Shown: positions 26,076 to 38,900 of the stretch, piece by piece
Layout: each line of letters opens with the position of its first letter
Numbering within the stretch: position 1 is the stretch's first letter
From: Lama guanicoe
Lineage: Eukaryota
Direction of reading: 5' to 3'
Assembly (NCBI GenBank): GCA_013239625.1
Contig: MU053934.1
Span: 4,482,399 to 4,546,398, forward strand
Length of the DNA stretch: 64,000 nucleotides
The notes under the pieces: model-generated
Seen by the model: only the letters and a program-made list of their open reading frames with translations
The model's database searches: none
Told to the model about the DNA's origin: nothing
Program-made: the position numbers and the translations under genes

Positions 26076-28819
26076 TGTCGTGGGGCTGTCACTCTGTCTG
26101 CCACGCCTTCCTTGGAGCCGCCAGCCGCTTCACACCCGCAGTTACCTGTCTGCCCACTGGCCTTGGGCTCCTGAGTGCAGGGCCCGGCCGGCTCGCTCAC
26201 TGCTGTGTCCCCAGTACCTGGAACGAGGCCTGGGAAACCTGAATCCCTACGTTCACCAGCACTCACAACAGCCTGAGCACAGGAAATGGCTGTTTTTGTC
26301 AAAAATGGTCAAATAGAAATTTCATCTGGTCTCCCTAGTTTGCGCTGGCACAGGTTGCGACCGCAGGCACAGAGAGCCTTGCTTCCACCTCCGCTGTCTG
26401 TGCAGAACAAGCCACCCCCAGACCCATTTTACAGAACTTGAGGTCACAAAGGTGGTACATTAGTGCCCAGGTGTCTCTGCCCCAGTATGCTCACCTTGAC
26501 ACTGTAGACTGGGAGTCACCAGGAGGCCTTACAGTTTGCTAAAATCCTGAAATACACCAAACCGAAGGTAACCAGTCTCGGCGTCAGGCCTTCAAATGTC
26601 CCCCAACGCTGCTCAGACCCTCGCCCTGACCACCTCATGAGCTAGTAACTAGTGGGTCCTTGGACCTGCCCTCTCTGGTCACCTGATTAGCCGCTGCCTG
26701 GGCCACACTGGGAACGATTTCTAATCTCTCCCATGCTCTGGCACATAGCAGGTACTCAACAAGTATGAAAAGCCTCGCAGCCCCTCACTCCCTGCCTGGG
26801 CTTCAGTCCACTCAGGCTCACTTCTTGCCCCCCGACCATGGCCTCGGTGCCGCCATGGACCTCCCCCAACTGCCCAGGGGGCCCAAGGGTGGGAGGGGGC
26901 AGAACAAGAGGGCTTTGAGGCAGCCTTATCTCCGGAGGGAAGTGGAGGAGATAACGCAGCTTCTCACTTTCCCAGCCCGTCCCAGACCAGAGATAACCTG
27001 GGGAAGATGGGGTGCCTGGAGCCCTACTAGCAGTGGGGCCACCCACCTGCCCCCAGGTCTCCCACGATTTCACTATCACAGACTCCAGGCTGAAATCTGA
27101 GTTGCCGCTCGGAAGAGCCACTCGAGACAGGAGAATGATAAGCCAGCCATAACTGGTGGGGAGGGGGACAAGTCTCCAGTGCCTCCTGGAAAATGACCCA
27201 TAGGCTGCAGCTGCCCTTCCCCAAGCCTGATTCCACCCATACCTCCCCCAGGGAGCCCACCCTGACCCACCCCACACTCTCCAGAGCTGCCCTGAGACAC
27301 AGCCTTGCCAGCGGCCCTTCAAAAGTACCCGATCCAGCCCTCTGCCTGACGGATGAAGAAACCGAAACCAGGGAGGTTGGGAGACTTGCTCAAGTCACAC
27401 AGCATCTTGACAGCAGAGTAAGGGCTGGAACGCAGATCCCCTGGTTGCTGCAAGTTCCTCTTCTGCACACCAGACATGCGTCCTCAGATATTAGTCAAAC
27501 ATTTTGAGAAGGGGGGCAGAGGGTTGCAGTGCACCAAGTCTGAATTCTAGAAGGGGGCTGCATAACAAAGATGAGGGGCCACATGGTTTGGGGAAGGAAC
27601 CCAGAGCTGGGAGCAGGACACCAGGCTTCGGCCCCTGCTCTGCAGCCAAACTACTGGAGCAGTGTGACCTATAAACGGAGATGATGGTTTTACCATAAGG
27701 GTGTTGCACGGGGGATTAAATGACTGAACTTGTTCAAGGGCCTGAGGACAGCGCCTGGCCCCTGGCAAACATGCTGGGGATCCGTTGTGGTCTGGTCACT
27801 GCCAGGAGCTGTGTGAGGGCAGGGCTGGGTGTATTCAGCTGGCAGCATGGGTTGGGAGCCATGTGGTGTCCACTCATTCAGCAAGGGTCCTGAGACGGTG
27901 ACCACACCATCATCAGCGCTTTCATCAGGAAGGCACCAGCTGTGGAAGGCCAGCGCCCAGGGCTGGCTGAATGACAGAGGAATGAATGAGGGACTGAATG
28001 AATGAGGGAGTGGGTCAGTCTGCTCAGTTTCTTACCAGACATGGGGCTCTCAGCCTAGTTTGCTGGTCAGCCTGACCCCAGTCTGTCCCCCTTTGACGCT
28101 TCCTGCCTCCCCGCAACGCCCAGGTGGCAGCAGCAGGTGGACAGTGGGGGGAGGCACTGCCCCAGGGACACACATGTTGCTCCCCACTGACCAGCGGCCC
28201 GGGCACAGCTCTGCCCACCACTAGTTTGAGCAAGGCTTTTGCTGCCAGCCCAGAACCTCCCAGTATTTAGAGCCTAAAAGTGCAGGCTGGCCTGAGACCC
28301 AGAACAGAGACCCTGGCCCGCAGCTGGCCCCAGCAGGCCAGTGACTAGAGAGTCTGGAAGCCCCACATCTTGCTTTCAGTGAATTCACTTGTGGCACCAA
28401 ATCTGATTCACATGGCAGAATAAAGGTTAGATGGGGAAACTGAGGCCTGGAGCAGGAGATGTCTTATTCAAGGTCACAGAATGAGACAGAGGCAGACAGA
28501 AATAGGACTTGGGGCTCACTTCTATGAGCCTGCAGCTCCAGGGGGAGTCCTTGTACCTCTTTGTCCCCCCTTCCTATTGCCCATGCCCTCCACTCCCATG
28601 ACTTCATGATGCATGAGGCTCTCCTCCCCAGATTCAGTGCCCTAGCATGGTGGCCCAGAGCTCCCCAGCCCTGTCCCCACCATCTCTCATGAGTTCCTCT
28701 GAACTTTGATTTTCTCCTTTGCTGTCAGCAGAGCTGATAATGGTACAAATCTCATGATGTTGTTGTGAGGATTAAATGAGATGCTGACATTTGAATAAAC
28801 ATTTCTCTCAAAAGTGTGT

Positions 28820-29560
28820 ATCAGTGAACACATGAAAAGATGATCAACATGAATAGTGGCGAGGGAAACAAAAATTAAAACCACGACGAGATATTACTTC
28901 TCTCCTACTAGGATGGCTATAATCAAAGGCAGACTGAAAAAAGTGTTGGTGAGGGTGCAGAGAGACTGAAGTCCTTGTATACTGCTGGTGGGAATGTAAA
29001 ATGATTCAGCCACTTTGGACGCAGTTGAACAGTTCCTCAGAATATTAAACATAGAATTACCATATGAGTCAGCAATTTCCAACCCAGGTATATACCTAAG
29101 GGAAATGAAACATGTGTCTGTACAAAGACTTGTACAGGAATGTTGCTGGCAGCATTCTTCCCAATGGCCAAAAAGCGAAAACAACTCAAATGTCCATCCA
29201 CGAATAAATGGATAACCTAAATATATATAATCCATACAATTCAATATTATTCAGTCATTTAAAAAAAAAAAGGAATGAAGTACTGATACATGCTACAACA
29301 TTATGCTAAATGAACGAAGTGAGTGACCAAAGACCACACATTGTGTGATTCCATTTATATGAAATGTCCAGAAGAGGCAAATCCATAGAGAATAGATTGG
29401 TGGTTCCAGGGGCTGGGGAAAGGGGTAAGGGGAATCTAAAATTAGATTCTGGTGATGGTTGTAGAGCTATGTAAATATACTAAAAGCCACTGAACCATAC
29501 ACTTTAAATGGGTGAGCTTTATGGTACGGAAATTACAACTCGATAAAGCTGCTTTAACAA
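28820..29560 (+). mobile_element. L1M LINE 3' end (ORF2 end / 3'UTR relic)
   Basis: 'actgctggtgggaatgtaaaatg...aaacatagaattaccatatga...aaatgtccatc...gtgattccatttatatgaaatgtccagaagaggcaaatccatagag'. Confidence 0.85.
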
Positions 29561-30898
29561 TGAGATACTCCAAGTTCGCCTGGCCAGCATCCAGTTAGAG
29601 CTCAGGTGTGGCAGTGGCCAGGAGTGGTATCCTTGCTATCTGCACTGTCTTCTCTTTTGCACCCACAACTGTGTGAGGTGGGCATCTGGCAAAGAGAAGC
29701 TTGGAAAAGTGGGGTGTCCAACCCAAGAAGTGGCCTTCAGGACAAATGAGAATGGGAGGGGGATGGGGGTGGCCAGGGCAGCCTTCCCAGGGGAGGTGGG
29801 CTGGGGAACCATTAGCTGCCTTTTCACGTGCCAGGCTCTGTAGCAGACTTTGTGGGGAGAGGGATGGCAAGTGCCCCCCCAGTCTGGCCCTCACACCTTT
29901 CCCAACTCCAGGCCTCTGTTTTCCCATCTGTCGAAAGGGCTCCATCAGTGGTTCGAACTGTATTCCAAGGCACTCCGCAGCCAAGAAGAGATTCCAACCG
30001 ACTCAGAGAGGATGCCCCCGAGGTTCCCTGGGACTCCACCCTCATCCCTGCCTCCCCTGCAGGCCTGGCCCACCCCTGCAGGATGTGGTTGCCAAATGTA
30101 GGTGGGAAAGAGGAAGGCGTGGGGGGTCATGCGCAGGCATCCACATCCTGGGGACCAGGAGATGGGAACTCCAGGTGCCTGTAGCCTAGCTTCCGGCTCC
30201 AGCCTAGGGAAGAAGCCTCAGCTGCTGCCTCCTGGGATGCAGCCGCCTGGCTCAGAGCCCAGAGCCCGTCCCGGACATGGTGCCGTCGCTTCCGCTTCCC
30301 TTCTGGTAGGGGAGACGCTCTGGAGCCTCTTGCTCAAGGCCTGGGTCCCCAGGATTGGATTAGCCATGGCTCTTGTGTCTGCTGAGTCCCAGACAAGCTG
30401 AGAACCTGGCAAAATGTAAAGCTGAGCCTGTGGAGGGCATGGGAACCCTGCCCAGGGGGAGTTCACAGAGCCCTCATTATGTTGCACGACTCTAACCCCA
30501 GCGTCAGAGACCCTCCTGTGGATCCGGTGGAAATGTACATGATAGGGGACAGTGGCACCTGCAGCCACATGGACTCCCTTGCCCGATCTAAAGGGGGCAG
30601 CTGCTACTTGGCTCTAGCCAGCTTTCATTTTTCAAGAAAAGCCAGAAATCTGGCTTTTAATGTGAAATCTCTAGATCTGGGGGAAACCAGGGGAGCAAAA
30701 CACATCCATAAACAGATACAGCCTTATGGGCCACTGGTTGGCAATGTGACCTCTTTGGTGGAAGCAACCTCCACCTTATAGGTTAGAAAACTGCGGCAGA
30801 GGGAGGAACAGGAAGCGAGAGGCCCCCCATGGGGGGCAAGGCAGAGCCCAGGTTTGAACCAGTCTCCCGGTCCAGACTCAAGGCTTCCATTCTGCTGT

Positions 30899-31165
30899 GA
30901 AAGAAAGAAAGAGAAGGAGGGAAGGGGTGGGGAGAGAGAGACAGAGACGAAGGAAGGGAGGAAGGGAGGGAGAAAGAAAGAAGGAAAGAAAGAAAGAGAA
31001 AAAGAAAGAAAAAGGAAGGAAGGAAGGAAGGAAGAAAGAGAAAGGAAGAAAGAAAGAAAGGAAAGAAAGAAAGGGAAAGAGAAAGAAAAAGAAAGAAAGA
31101 AAGAGAGGGAGGGAGAAAAAAAGAGAGAAAGAGAGAGAGAGAGAGAAAGAGGGAAGGAAAGGAAG
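30899..31165. repeat. Polypurine (GAAA/GGAA/GA)n low-complexity tract
   Basis: ~265 bp almost exclusively A/G on the + strand. Confidence 0.95.
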
Positions 31166-33907
31166 CTTCCGTCTGCGGTCTGGTTAAGTAAACCATGGAA
31201 CACCCGCACAGCACAGCCACAGAAAGGAATGAGGAAGCTCTGTCTGTTCTGATAGGAGCTGCTCTCCAAGGTGCAAGAGAGAGCTCTGTTTAGGGCAGGT
31301 GTTTAAGTCGGAGGAAAGCATATGAACGTTTCTTGGCATGTGTCTGCCGAGCCCATCTCTGGGAAAACACTCGAGAAACGGACTAGTGGTGGGAGGGAGC
31401 TTTTCTCTCAACACCTTTTGATGTGTTTTGATTGTTGGACACGTGAGCAACAATCTTCAGCAAGTGTATAGTTTTTGTTTGTTTTAATTGTCCCCTTTTC
31501 TTCCCCTTGTGTCATTCTCTGAGCCTGGGATGAGAAGGATTTGCAGGTGTCCTGGATCTGGGACCAGCTCCCTGGGAGCTAGAGAGGATGGGGGAGGGGA
31601 GCTGCCCCCACGAGGCTGCTATGTGCCCAGGCCCTGTGCACGTGAGCCATTCAGTCCTCACAATACTTCTGTGAGGTGAGGCAGTTGTGACCCCATTTTA
31701 CAGATCAGAAAACAGAGCCACATGTCCAGAAGTTACGGAAGCAGGCTCAGAGCTCAGAGCCCAGGTTTTCAGGGTGTCCCTGCTCCTCCCCTAGGCCTTC
31801 CCCTTTCTCGGCTGAAGATCCACAGCCTGAGGCCTATCATGGCCCAACCCAGGCCCCAGGCTACAGGCTCCTTCTTTGGATTCCTTCCTGAGAGCTAGTG
31901 GGGCTGTTCCTGGCCCCACAGCCACACCCTCATGCTCCTGCCCATCAAGCGGGCTCAGAGCAGCTGGTTTCCTTCCGGAAGTGGCTCAACCCCAGGTCTG
32001 AAGTCCATCTAGGGTCCAGCCAGAAGCATTTCCCCCAGTGGAGCCTACGTCTGGGATCCCCCAGGATATCCTGCCCAGGGTGGGATTTGCAGACAGGATA
32101 CCTCGAGAATTCACGGTATCCCCTTAGACAATACACAGCATCACCAGATTAGTACCCCACTGATTCCTCTGATAAGGAGACCAGAGAGGTTAGGTCATTA
32201 GCCTAAAGTCACACAGCAAGTGGGGGGCTTTGGGCCAGTCACATCCTAGCCAGGTCTTGGCTCCCTCCCTTGTAGAGGAGGATAGACTGACACCTCCTAG
32301 GCTGTGAGGGAGAAGAAATGAAGGCCCACAATATGAACATGGAGATGAAAAAGATATGCTTCCTGCTCTTGGAAGCTCAGGCTCTGGAGACAAGTAAACA
32401 GGCTTGACTTCAAGAATGAGGGCAGTGCAGCTAAACTATGAAGCGTCCTTCTGCCCAGCTGGGTGTAAGCCCTCCAGAAGCCAAGGGCACAACCAGACCA
32501 GGGCAGAAAGCCCACTGGGGCCCTCCGAGAGGGGCTTTCTGGGAGGAAGTGGAGGTGGGGTTCCTCAAGGTGGAGAATGAGGTCAGGGCTTGGCCAACGC
32601 CAGCAGGTGATTCCTTCTGGCCAGTTGCTGCCGCCTTGTCCAGGGAGGCGAGCCCACCCCCAGGGCCTTCCCTGCCGCCAGCCAGTGCTGCCCAGTGCCC
32701 CGGCCTGGGCTGCCCAATGCCCCCTGTGCTGACTCATGTCCGCCCGGCTGGCCCTGGCTGGAGAGAGGGGGCGGACCCCACTCCATGCTTGACCTTATCA
32801 GGCCTTGCTGGTACCCAGCCGCCTGGACGTGGGCAGGGCTTCGGCACCTCCCCACCCCTCCCTGCCCTGGCTGAGCAGGGCCTGCATGAGCTCATGAAAA
32901 CCTGAGGCAAGGACAGGCAGGCGGGGCAGTGGCCCAAGAAGGGGGGAGGGCAATAGCCTGGCTAGTGACCTGTGGGGCTGCCCATCGGCCCCCTGCCCGC
33001 TGAGACAGAGCTGGGCACGGGCTATTTTTAGTGCCCAAATGAGGAATGGTGAGACCCGGATGTAGCAGCTGCCACAGGGAGGATTTTCACTGCAGCAGCC
33101 TGCCCCTGGGAGCACACGCATGCACATGGACACACCCATGCACTCAGCACTCATGCAAATCCATGAGCACGTGCATACCAATATGTTCATGCACAGAGGC
33201 GTGTACATGGGGATGCGTCCACACACGTGCATGGAGACACGTCCACATATACCTACATATGTGCATACACGCATCTTGTACAGGCCCTCCAAAACGCACA
33301 GAGGCCTGCACTCAAGACCCACCCAAGTGCACCCTTGGATTGCACAGGCTGGCTGAGGGTAACTCAGCTATGCAAGCACCCCCAGGGCCCCCACCTCTGT
33401 GCACACATATCTTGTCCTCACTTGGACCCTTCAACCACTTGCCGGCCCTTCTAATGATGCCCTCGAGGAGCTCCCAGCCTGGTAGCTATAAGCAGACCGT
33501 GACCACACAGTGGGACCCATGAAGTGGCAGGGGGTAGAACAGGGGCTGTAAGTGCACAGAAAAGGTGACAGCTCAGCCTGGGGTGGTCAGGGAAGGCTTC
33601 CTGGAGGAGGAGGCTCCTGAAGGCATAAGCAATAAAGGATTTGCCTGTTTTAATGAAGACTGGAGTGGGTAACGTGTTAGTGCTTGTGACAATAACAACA
33701 GTAACAGTCAAGAGCCATACCAGCAGCCATGGGCTGTGCACCCACGCTGTGCCAGCCCCTCCACACACCATCTCATTCCACCGTCTCAGTGCTTCACGGA
33801 GCAAGTGTTATCACAATCACTATTTGCAGAGGTTTTGACATACAGCTGGTGGGACTGACCCCAAAGCCCAAGTTCAGGCACCGGTGGGGACTTCCTTGGC
33901 CATGGGG

Positions 33908-34475
33908 GTGTCCTAGTTATCTGCCACGGTATAACAAATGGACCCAAGACTTGGTGACTTAAAACGAGAGCAAGCATTTGTTCTACTCACAGATCTGCAA
34001 GTTAAGCAGAGCCCAGCAGCGAAGCCCACCCTGGGCAGGATATCCTGGGGGATCCCAGACGTAGGCTCCACTGGGGGAAATGCTTCTGGCTGGACCCTAG
34101 ATGGACTTCAGACCTGGGGTTGAGCCACTTCCCTCCTCCTGGTGGCATGAGCTGGGGCAACTCCACTGGCGGCTGGAAGACATATTAGCTCTGTTGGGAT
34201 GAGAGCTGCGGGCCTCTGTTCCACTCTACACAGCCTTTTCATGGTATGGTTGGACTTCCTCACAGCAAGGTGGCTGAGGTCTAAGAACAAGCATCCTGAG
34301 AGACGGGTTGTGAAAGCTGCCGTTTCTCACAGACTGGGTCTGACACAGCATCACTTCCACCATTTTGCCCAAGCATCCACAGAGCCCAGAGTCAAGGAAA
34401 GGGGACATAGACCCCACCTCTCCATAGGCTGATTGTCAAATAATGGAGGGGGCAGGGCATGTTCTAAAACTGCCA
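33908..34475 (-). mobile_element. MLT1-type LTR relic
   Basis: 'tagttatctgccacggtataacaaatggacccaagacttggtgacttaaaac...gcatcacttccaccatttt...atagaccccacctct'. Confidence 0.6.
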
Positions 34476-35491
34476 TAGTGGAGACGGGGGCAGCCCCAAG
34501 GCAGGCAACCACTGTTTAGCCCGGAGCCCCCTGCCCTGCCCCAGATCCCAGCCCTCCAGCCAGGGCTGGCAGATCAGTCCTAGAGCAGGTGGCCCCATTT
34601 CCTGTCCTCACCCTGCCCTCTCCATTCACGTCTCCTTTTATGCCAGGCACAGAGGGACCATGAAGTATGGCCACACAGGTCCAACTGGTCCAGCACCTTG
34701 GCTGGAAAGGAGAAGCCTCAGTGGGGCAGAGGAGATGGGTGCCCAGGTCCAGCAGGTGCCTCACTCATGCCAGAGTTCTCCCAGGTCCTCCAGGGCCCCC
34801 TAGTCCTAGCTCCTCTGCTTTCTCCTTGCCCACCCAGGGGGATGCGGGGTTTGAAAGTAGTCACTTTGGGGTCTCCCTGAGTGAGACTCCAGTACAGATG
34901 CCTCTCCAAGGCCCATCTCCCTATGCCCTGAAATTTCATGATTCTGGAGTTGGAAGCATTCAACACCATAAGCCCCCAAAGTCTATTTCCATGATTTTTT
35001 CCTTCTCAAGAATCTACATTTCTAATACATTTTGACTCAATTTGACAAAACCAACAGAACTGTAAATGAACTTACCCTTTGACCCAGTCATACGCCTTCT
35101 AAGGAATCTTCTGTGCTCGGGAATTCTTCAGGCAGATGCAAAAGAGACAGCACCGAGATGTTCATCACGGCCTCATGTATCACAGAGAAAAGCTGGAAAC
35201 TATGTGCACATCCATCCATGAGGGCTCATTAAACAAGGGATGGTACAATCACAAGGTGGATGACTTGCTGCCGTTAGAAAGGAGGAAGCCATCTGTAGGA
35301 GTAGAACCTGGAGCCATCTCCCAGACACACGTGGGCAGGGGTGACAGCCATTTACAGAACGTTACGTGGGATGTGTGCCTACGTGAGTGTGAACAGCACG
35401 GTCTCTGTGTGTACAAGATAGTTCTGTTGGAGGAGCAGAGAGAAGCCGTGAGGGGGCAGACAGAGGACTGGGAGGGCCCTGGGACTGGAGT

Positions 35492-35930
35492 GTGTGTTGG
35501 TTTTCCTGCTGTAACAAATGACCACACACTGGGGGACTGAAAGCAATAGACATTTATTCTCATACTTCTGGAAGCCAGAGGCCGAAATCAAGGTGTCATC
35601 CAGACCATGCTTCCTTAGAAGGCTTAAGGGAGAATCCTTCTTGGCCTCTTGCAGCTTCTGGTGACTCCGGCCACCCTGAGCTTGTAGCAGCATCACTCCC
35701 AGCTCTGCTCTCTTCTCCCCATGTCTCTGTTTTCAAATCCTTCTCCTTTCTCTTCTAAGGACATTGTCATTGGGTTTAGGACCTATCCCATTCCAGGATG
35801 ATCTTATTTTGAGATCCTTATTCTAATTACATCTGCCAAAAACAAAAAAACAAAACCCCCTCATTCCAAATAAGGTCACATTCTGAGATTCTGGATAGAC
35901 ATGAATTTGGGAGACACTATTCAACCCCCG
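35492..35930 (-). mobile_element. MLT1A/B-type LTR
   Basis: 'ctgctgtaacaaatgaccacacactgggggactgaaagcaatagacatttattctca...aattacatctgc...ttccaaataaggtcacattctgag'. Confidence 0.75.
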
Positions 35931-38900
35931 AGTGGGGGAGGGGAATGTGCTTTCCTACATTAAATCTGTGTTTATGGACTTAGGTATTACTTGTGTTATT
36001 TCATTTTAATTTTAAAAAATTCTAAAATCCCAGAAGACGAGACGTCTTCAAAGCTCCCTTGCTTCCAGGGTCAGCATCTCAAGTTTCCTGGGAGACCCAG
36101 TCCCCCCAGCAATGAGGTGAAAATGGTCAAAGTGGCAGGACTGGCGTTTCTCCTACACCGGCCCTGGCTGACTGGGCTGGCAGTCGCCTTGGGTCCTCAG
36201 ACCTCCAGACCATGAACCTCCCATGTTACAGGAGAGATGACTGGCCAGCGTTCATAGCCCAGCACCTCCCGGGGGGATGAGCTGAGCACCCGGGACATGG
36301 GGGTGGGGAGGGGAGCAGTGGGCTGAGGGTTCCACATGGCACCCACAACCCACCCATCTATGAGAGGTCCCCGCAGGGGGGACCCAGCCCCTCATTTTAC
36401 AGATGGGGAAACTGAGGCTGGTAGAGAAGAAAGGATTGGCCGAGGTCACCTCCTGAATTTGGAGCCAAGTGTCCTGTCCTATTGCTTCTCAGCAAGAAGC
36501 TGCCCCCAAATCTCCACACCCAGCGGCTGCAGCCCCCAGTTTCCACTAGAGACTCGGTCTTCCCAGTTTACACTGTCAGTCAAGCAGGACAGTGAGGTAA
36601 ATGAGGGAGACCGAAGCTCACGCTGGTGAAGGAGCAGAGGGAGTCAGAATCCAGACTGGGCCTGGCTGGGCTCAGACAGCCCTCAGAGCCAGTGCGGAGC
36701 TGGACGCCAGTGACACAGATCTCCCGGTGCGCGCTGGGGGTCAAACAGCCCCATGTAACCCAGGCTGTGAGGAGGCCCTAGCAGCCCTCCTCGCCCTGTC
36801 TGGCCTCTTGGGGTCCGTCTTCCTGTCTCTGACGGCCTTTGCCCTGTCCCCTGCGGTCTGCAGGCTATGCAGTGGCCAGGACCCAGGACAGAGCAGGATT
36901 TGCCAACAGCAGTGACAATGACGCTCCTACTTGTGTCTGGGGGTCTGGCAGGCCCTGTGCATGTGTCTCCTCACACTGGGGCCAAGGGAACGGGGCCCAA
37001 AGGGAGAGTACCCCGGTCACAGTCACCCGGTGCACTCAATTGAACCCTTCTGGTCTTGGTAATTAATTAATCAACAGGCTGTTTAAAGATTAACGGCAGC
37101 AGAATGGTGGGGGAAAGGCTTAACCCACGACGAGGGTACAGAGGAGTTCACCCCTGGACACTGTGACACAGGTGGGGGGTGCAGAGGAGGCTGGCTGGCT
37201 CTGTACCCCCCACTCCTCCCTGCCTCTGCTAAGGAAGGGGTATCTGCACTCACAGTGGGGACCTGGGGGTGTAAGATTGGGCCAGAGACTTCCTCCAAGG
37301 GCAAGAATCCCCAGGCTTAGGTCAGATCTCCACCCACAGACACTTACCTGGGCAGTATGACCTTAGGTAAGTCACCCCTCCCCCACCCGAGCCTCAGTTT
37401 CCTCATCTGCAAAACGAGAGCCCTGACAGCAGGTTGGTTTGCAGACTCTCTGAAGATAATGTCTGCCAAGCAGACGCCTTGAGCCTGGCACCTAGTGGAG
37501 GCTCAGTGACTTCCTCCTGGAGCCTCGACACCCTAAGTCCTTGTGCTGAGTCCCCCCACCCCGCCCCACCATGGCAGAGTCACTCCTTTCTGAGAATAAC
37601 AGTCAAGTCCAAGTTTGATTCCAGCCCCTGGGGAAGAGAAAGTGGCCCTTTCTGCAGGGCCAGGTGGGGAAGGTGAATCAGCTTCCTCACCTGAGCTGAA
37701 TCACCCCTGAGCTGAGGGTGGGGTGAGGAGGAGACAGACAGACAGGGACATATGCCTTCCTTCACACTGGTGCAGCCACATCCACAGGGCTGAACTGGCC
37801 GAGTCTGGCAGACCCACGCTGGAAGCGGGGATTCTAGATGAACCCCTAGAGGAGGGATGTGTGCCCACACACAGTTCACCAGAGGCAACACCACAAATCC
37901 AAGGGCTGCACCCGACCTTCTTCCGCCCGCCTCCCCCTGCACCGTTAGGTAAGAGGGCCCCACCCTGCCCACCAGCCCAGCCAGCCGCCTCCTCTCCCTC
38001 TAAAGGTGCCCTGAGGTGTGGGTGACTCAAGAGTGGGAAAGGCCCATGAAGTCATCCAGTGGCTCCGGTCACCTCTGGAGTTCGGGAGCCTGTCTGGCCC
38101 CTGGACTCACCGGCCCGGGATTTCCCCTGGGAGGGGACTGTCTGCCCCCCACCCCCCTCAACGGCTGCAGGATGGAGACAGCCCGGACTCGGAGGGAGAC
38201 TGGCCCCCGAGACTCCCAGGCTCAGACTCCACCTGCCCTGACTGCAAGCCTCCTTGCCCACCCGGCCTCCTTCCCTCACAGCCGTGCCACAGAGAGGAGT
38301 GGAGGAGACGTCTCCAAGGAGTGGCTGGCCCGGGGCCCAGGGCCATGCCGCAGTGAGAGTTGGGGAATTTTTTTATTACTTGCGGGTCATTCCATCTGAG
38401 CATTCTAAGCTCTTAGTATTGTGATCACCAGGAAAGCAAAAAGTAAGTGTTGCCTAGGACCAAAGTCCCCAGACACTGGAGTAACAGAGACATGGGTTCA
38501 AATCCTGGCACTCCCTGGCCACAATACTTAGAGTCATTTATAGGCCCTCTCGGGGCCTCAGTTTTCTCATCTGTAAAATGGGGATCATGAAGCTACCTGG
38601 CCCAGTGGCTGGGAGGGCAAAATGAGTGCATGTGTCAGGGTCCTGTCAGGAAACAGACATCAGGGCTTTAGGAGAAGAAATCTTGGGGAAGGCACCAGTC
38701 TGAGCTATGGGAAGATGAGATGTGAAGCAGCTGGAGAGAAGCAGTGGAGGAGCTGTGACCATCCCCAGAGCCAAGGGGCAAGAAGGCATGTGGGTCTGAA
38801 AGCCAGAGAGAGGGGAGGCCAGGAGGAGGGCCACAAACAGAGGAGCCGTGGTCGGCCCAGCGGGGAACAAGGTGGGGAGCGGAGGACACATACCTCTTCT

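Noticed and set aside
30724..31269. Hydrophobic F/L/S ORF and K/E/R ORFs
   Set aside because: Artefacts of the purine microsatellite
33100..33330. Degenerate CA/CATG-rich array (similar at ~16090-16270 and ~17230-17320)
   Set aside because: Decayed low-complexity repeat with no regular repeat-spacer structure or coding signal
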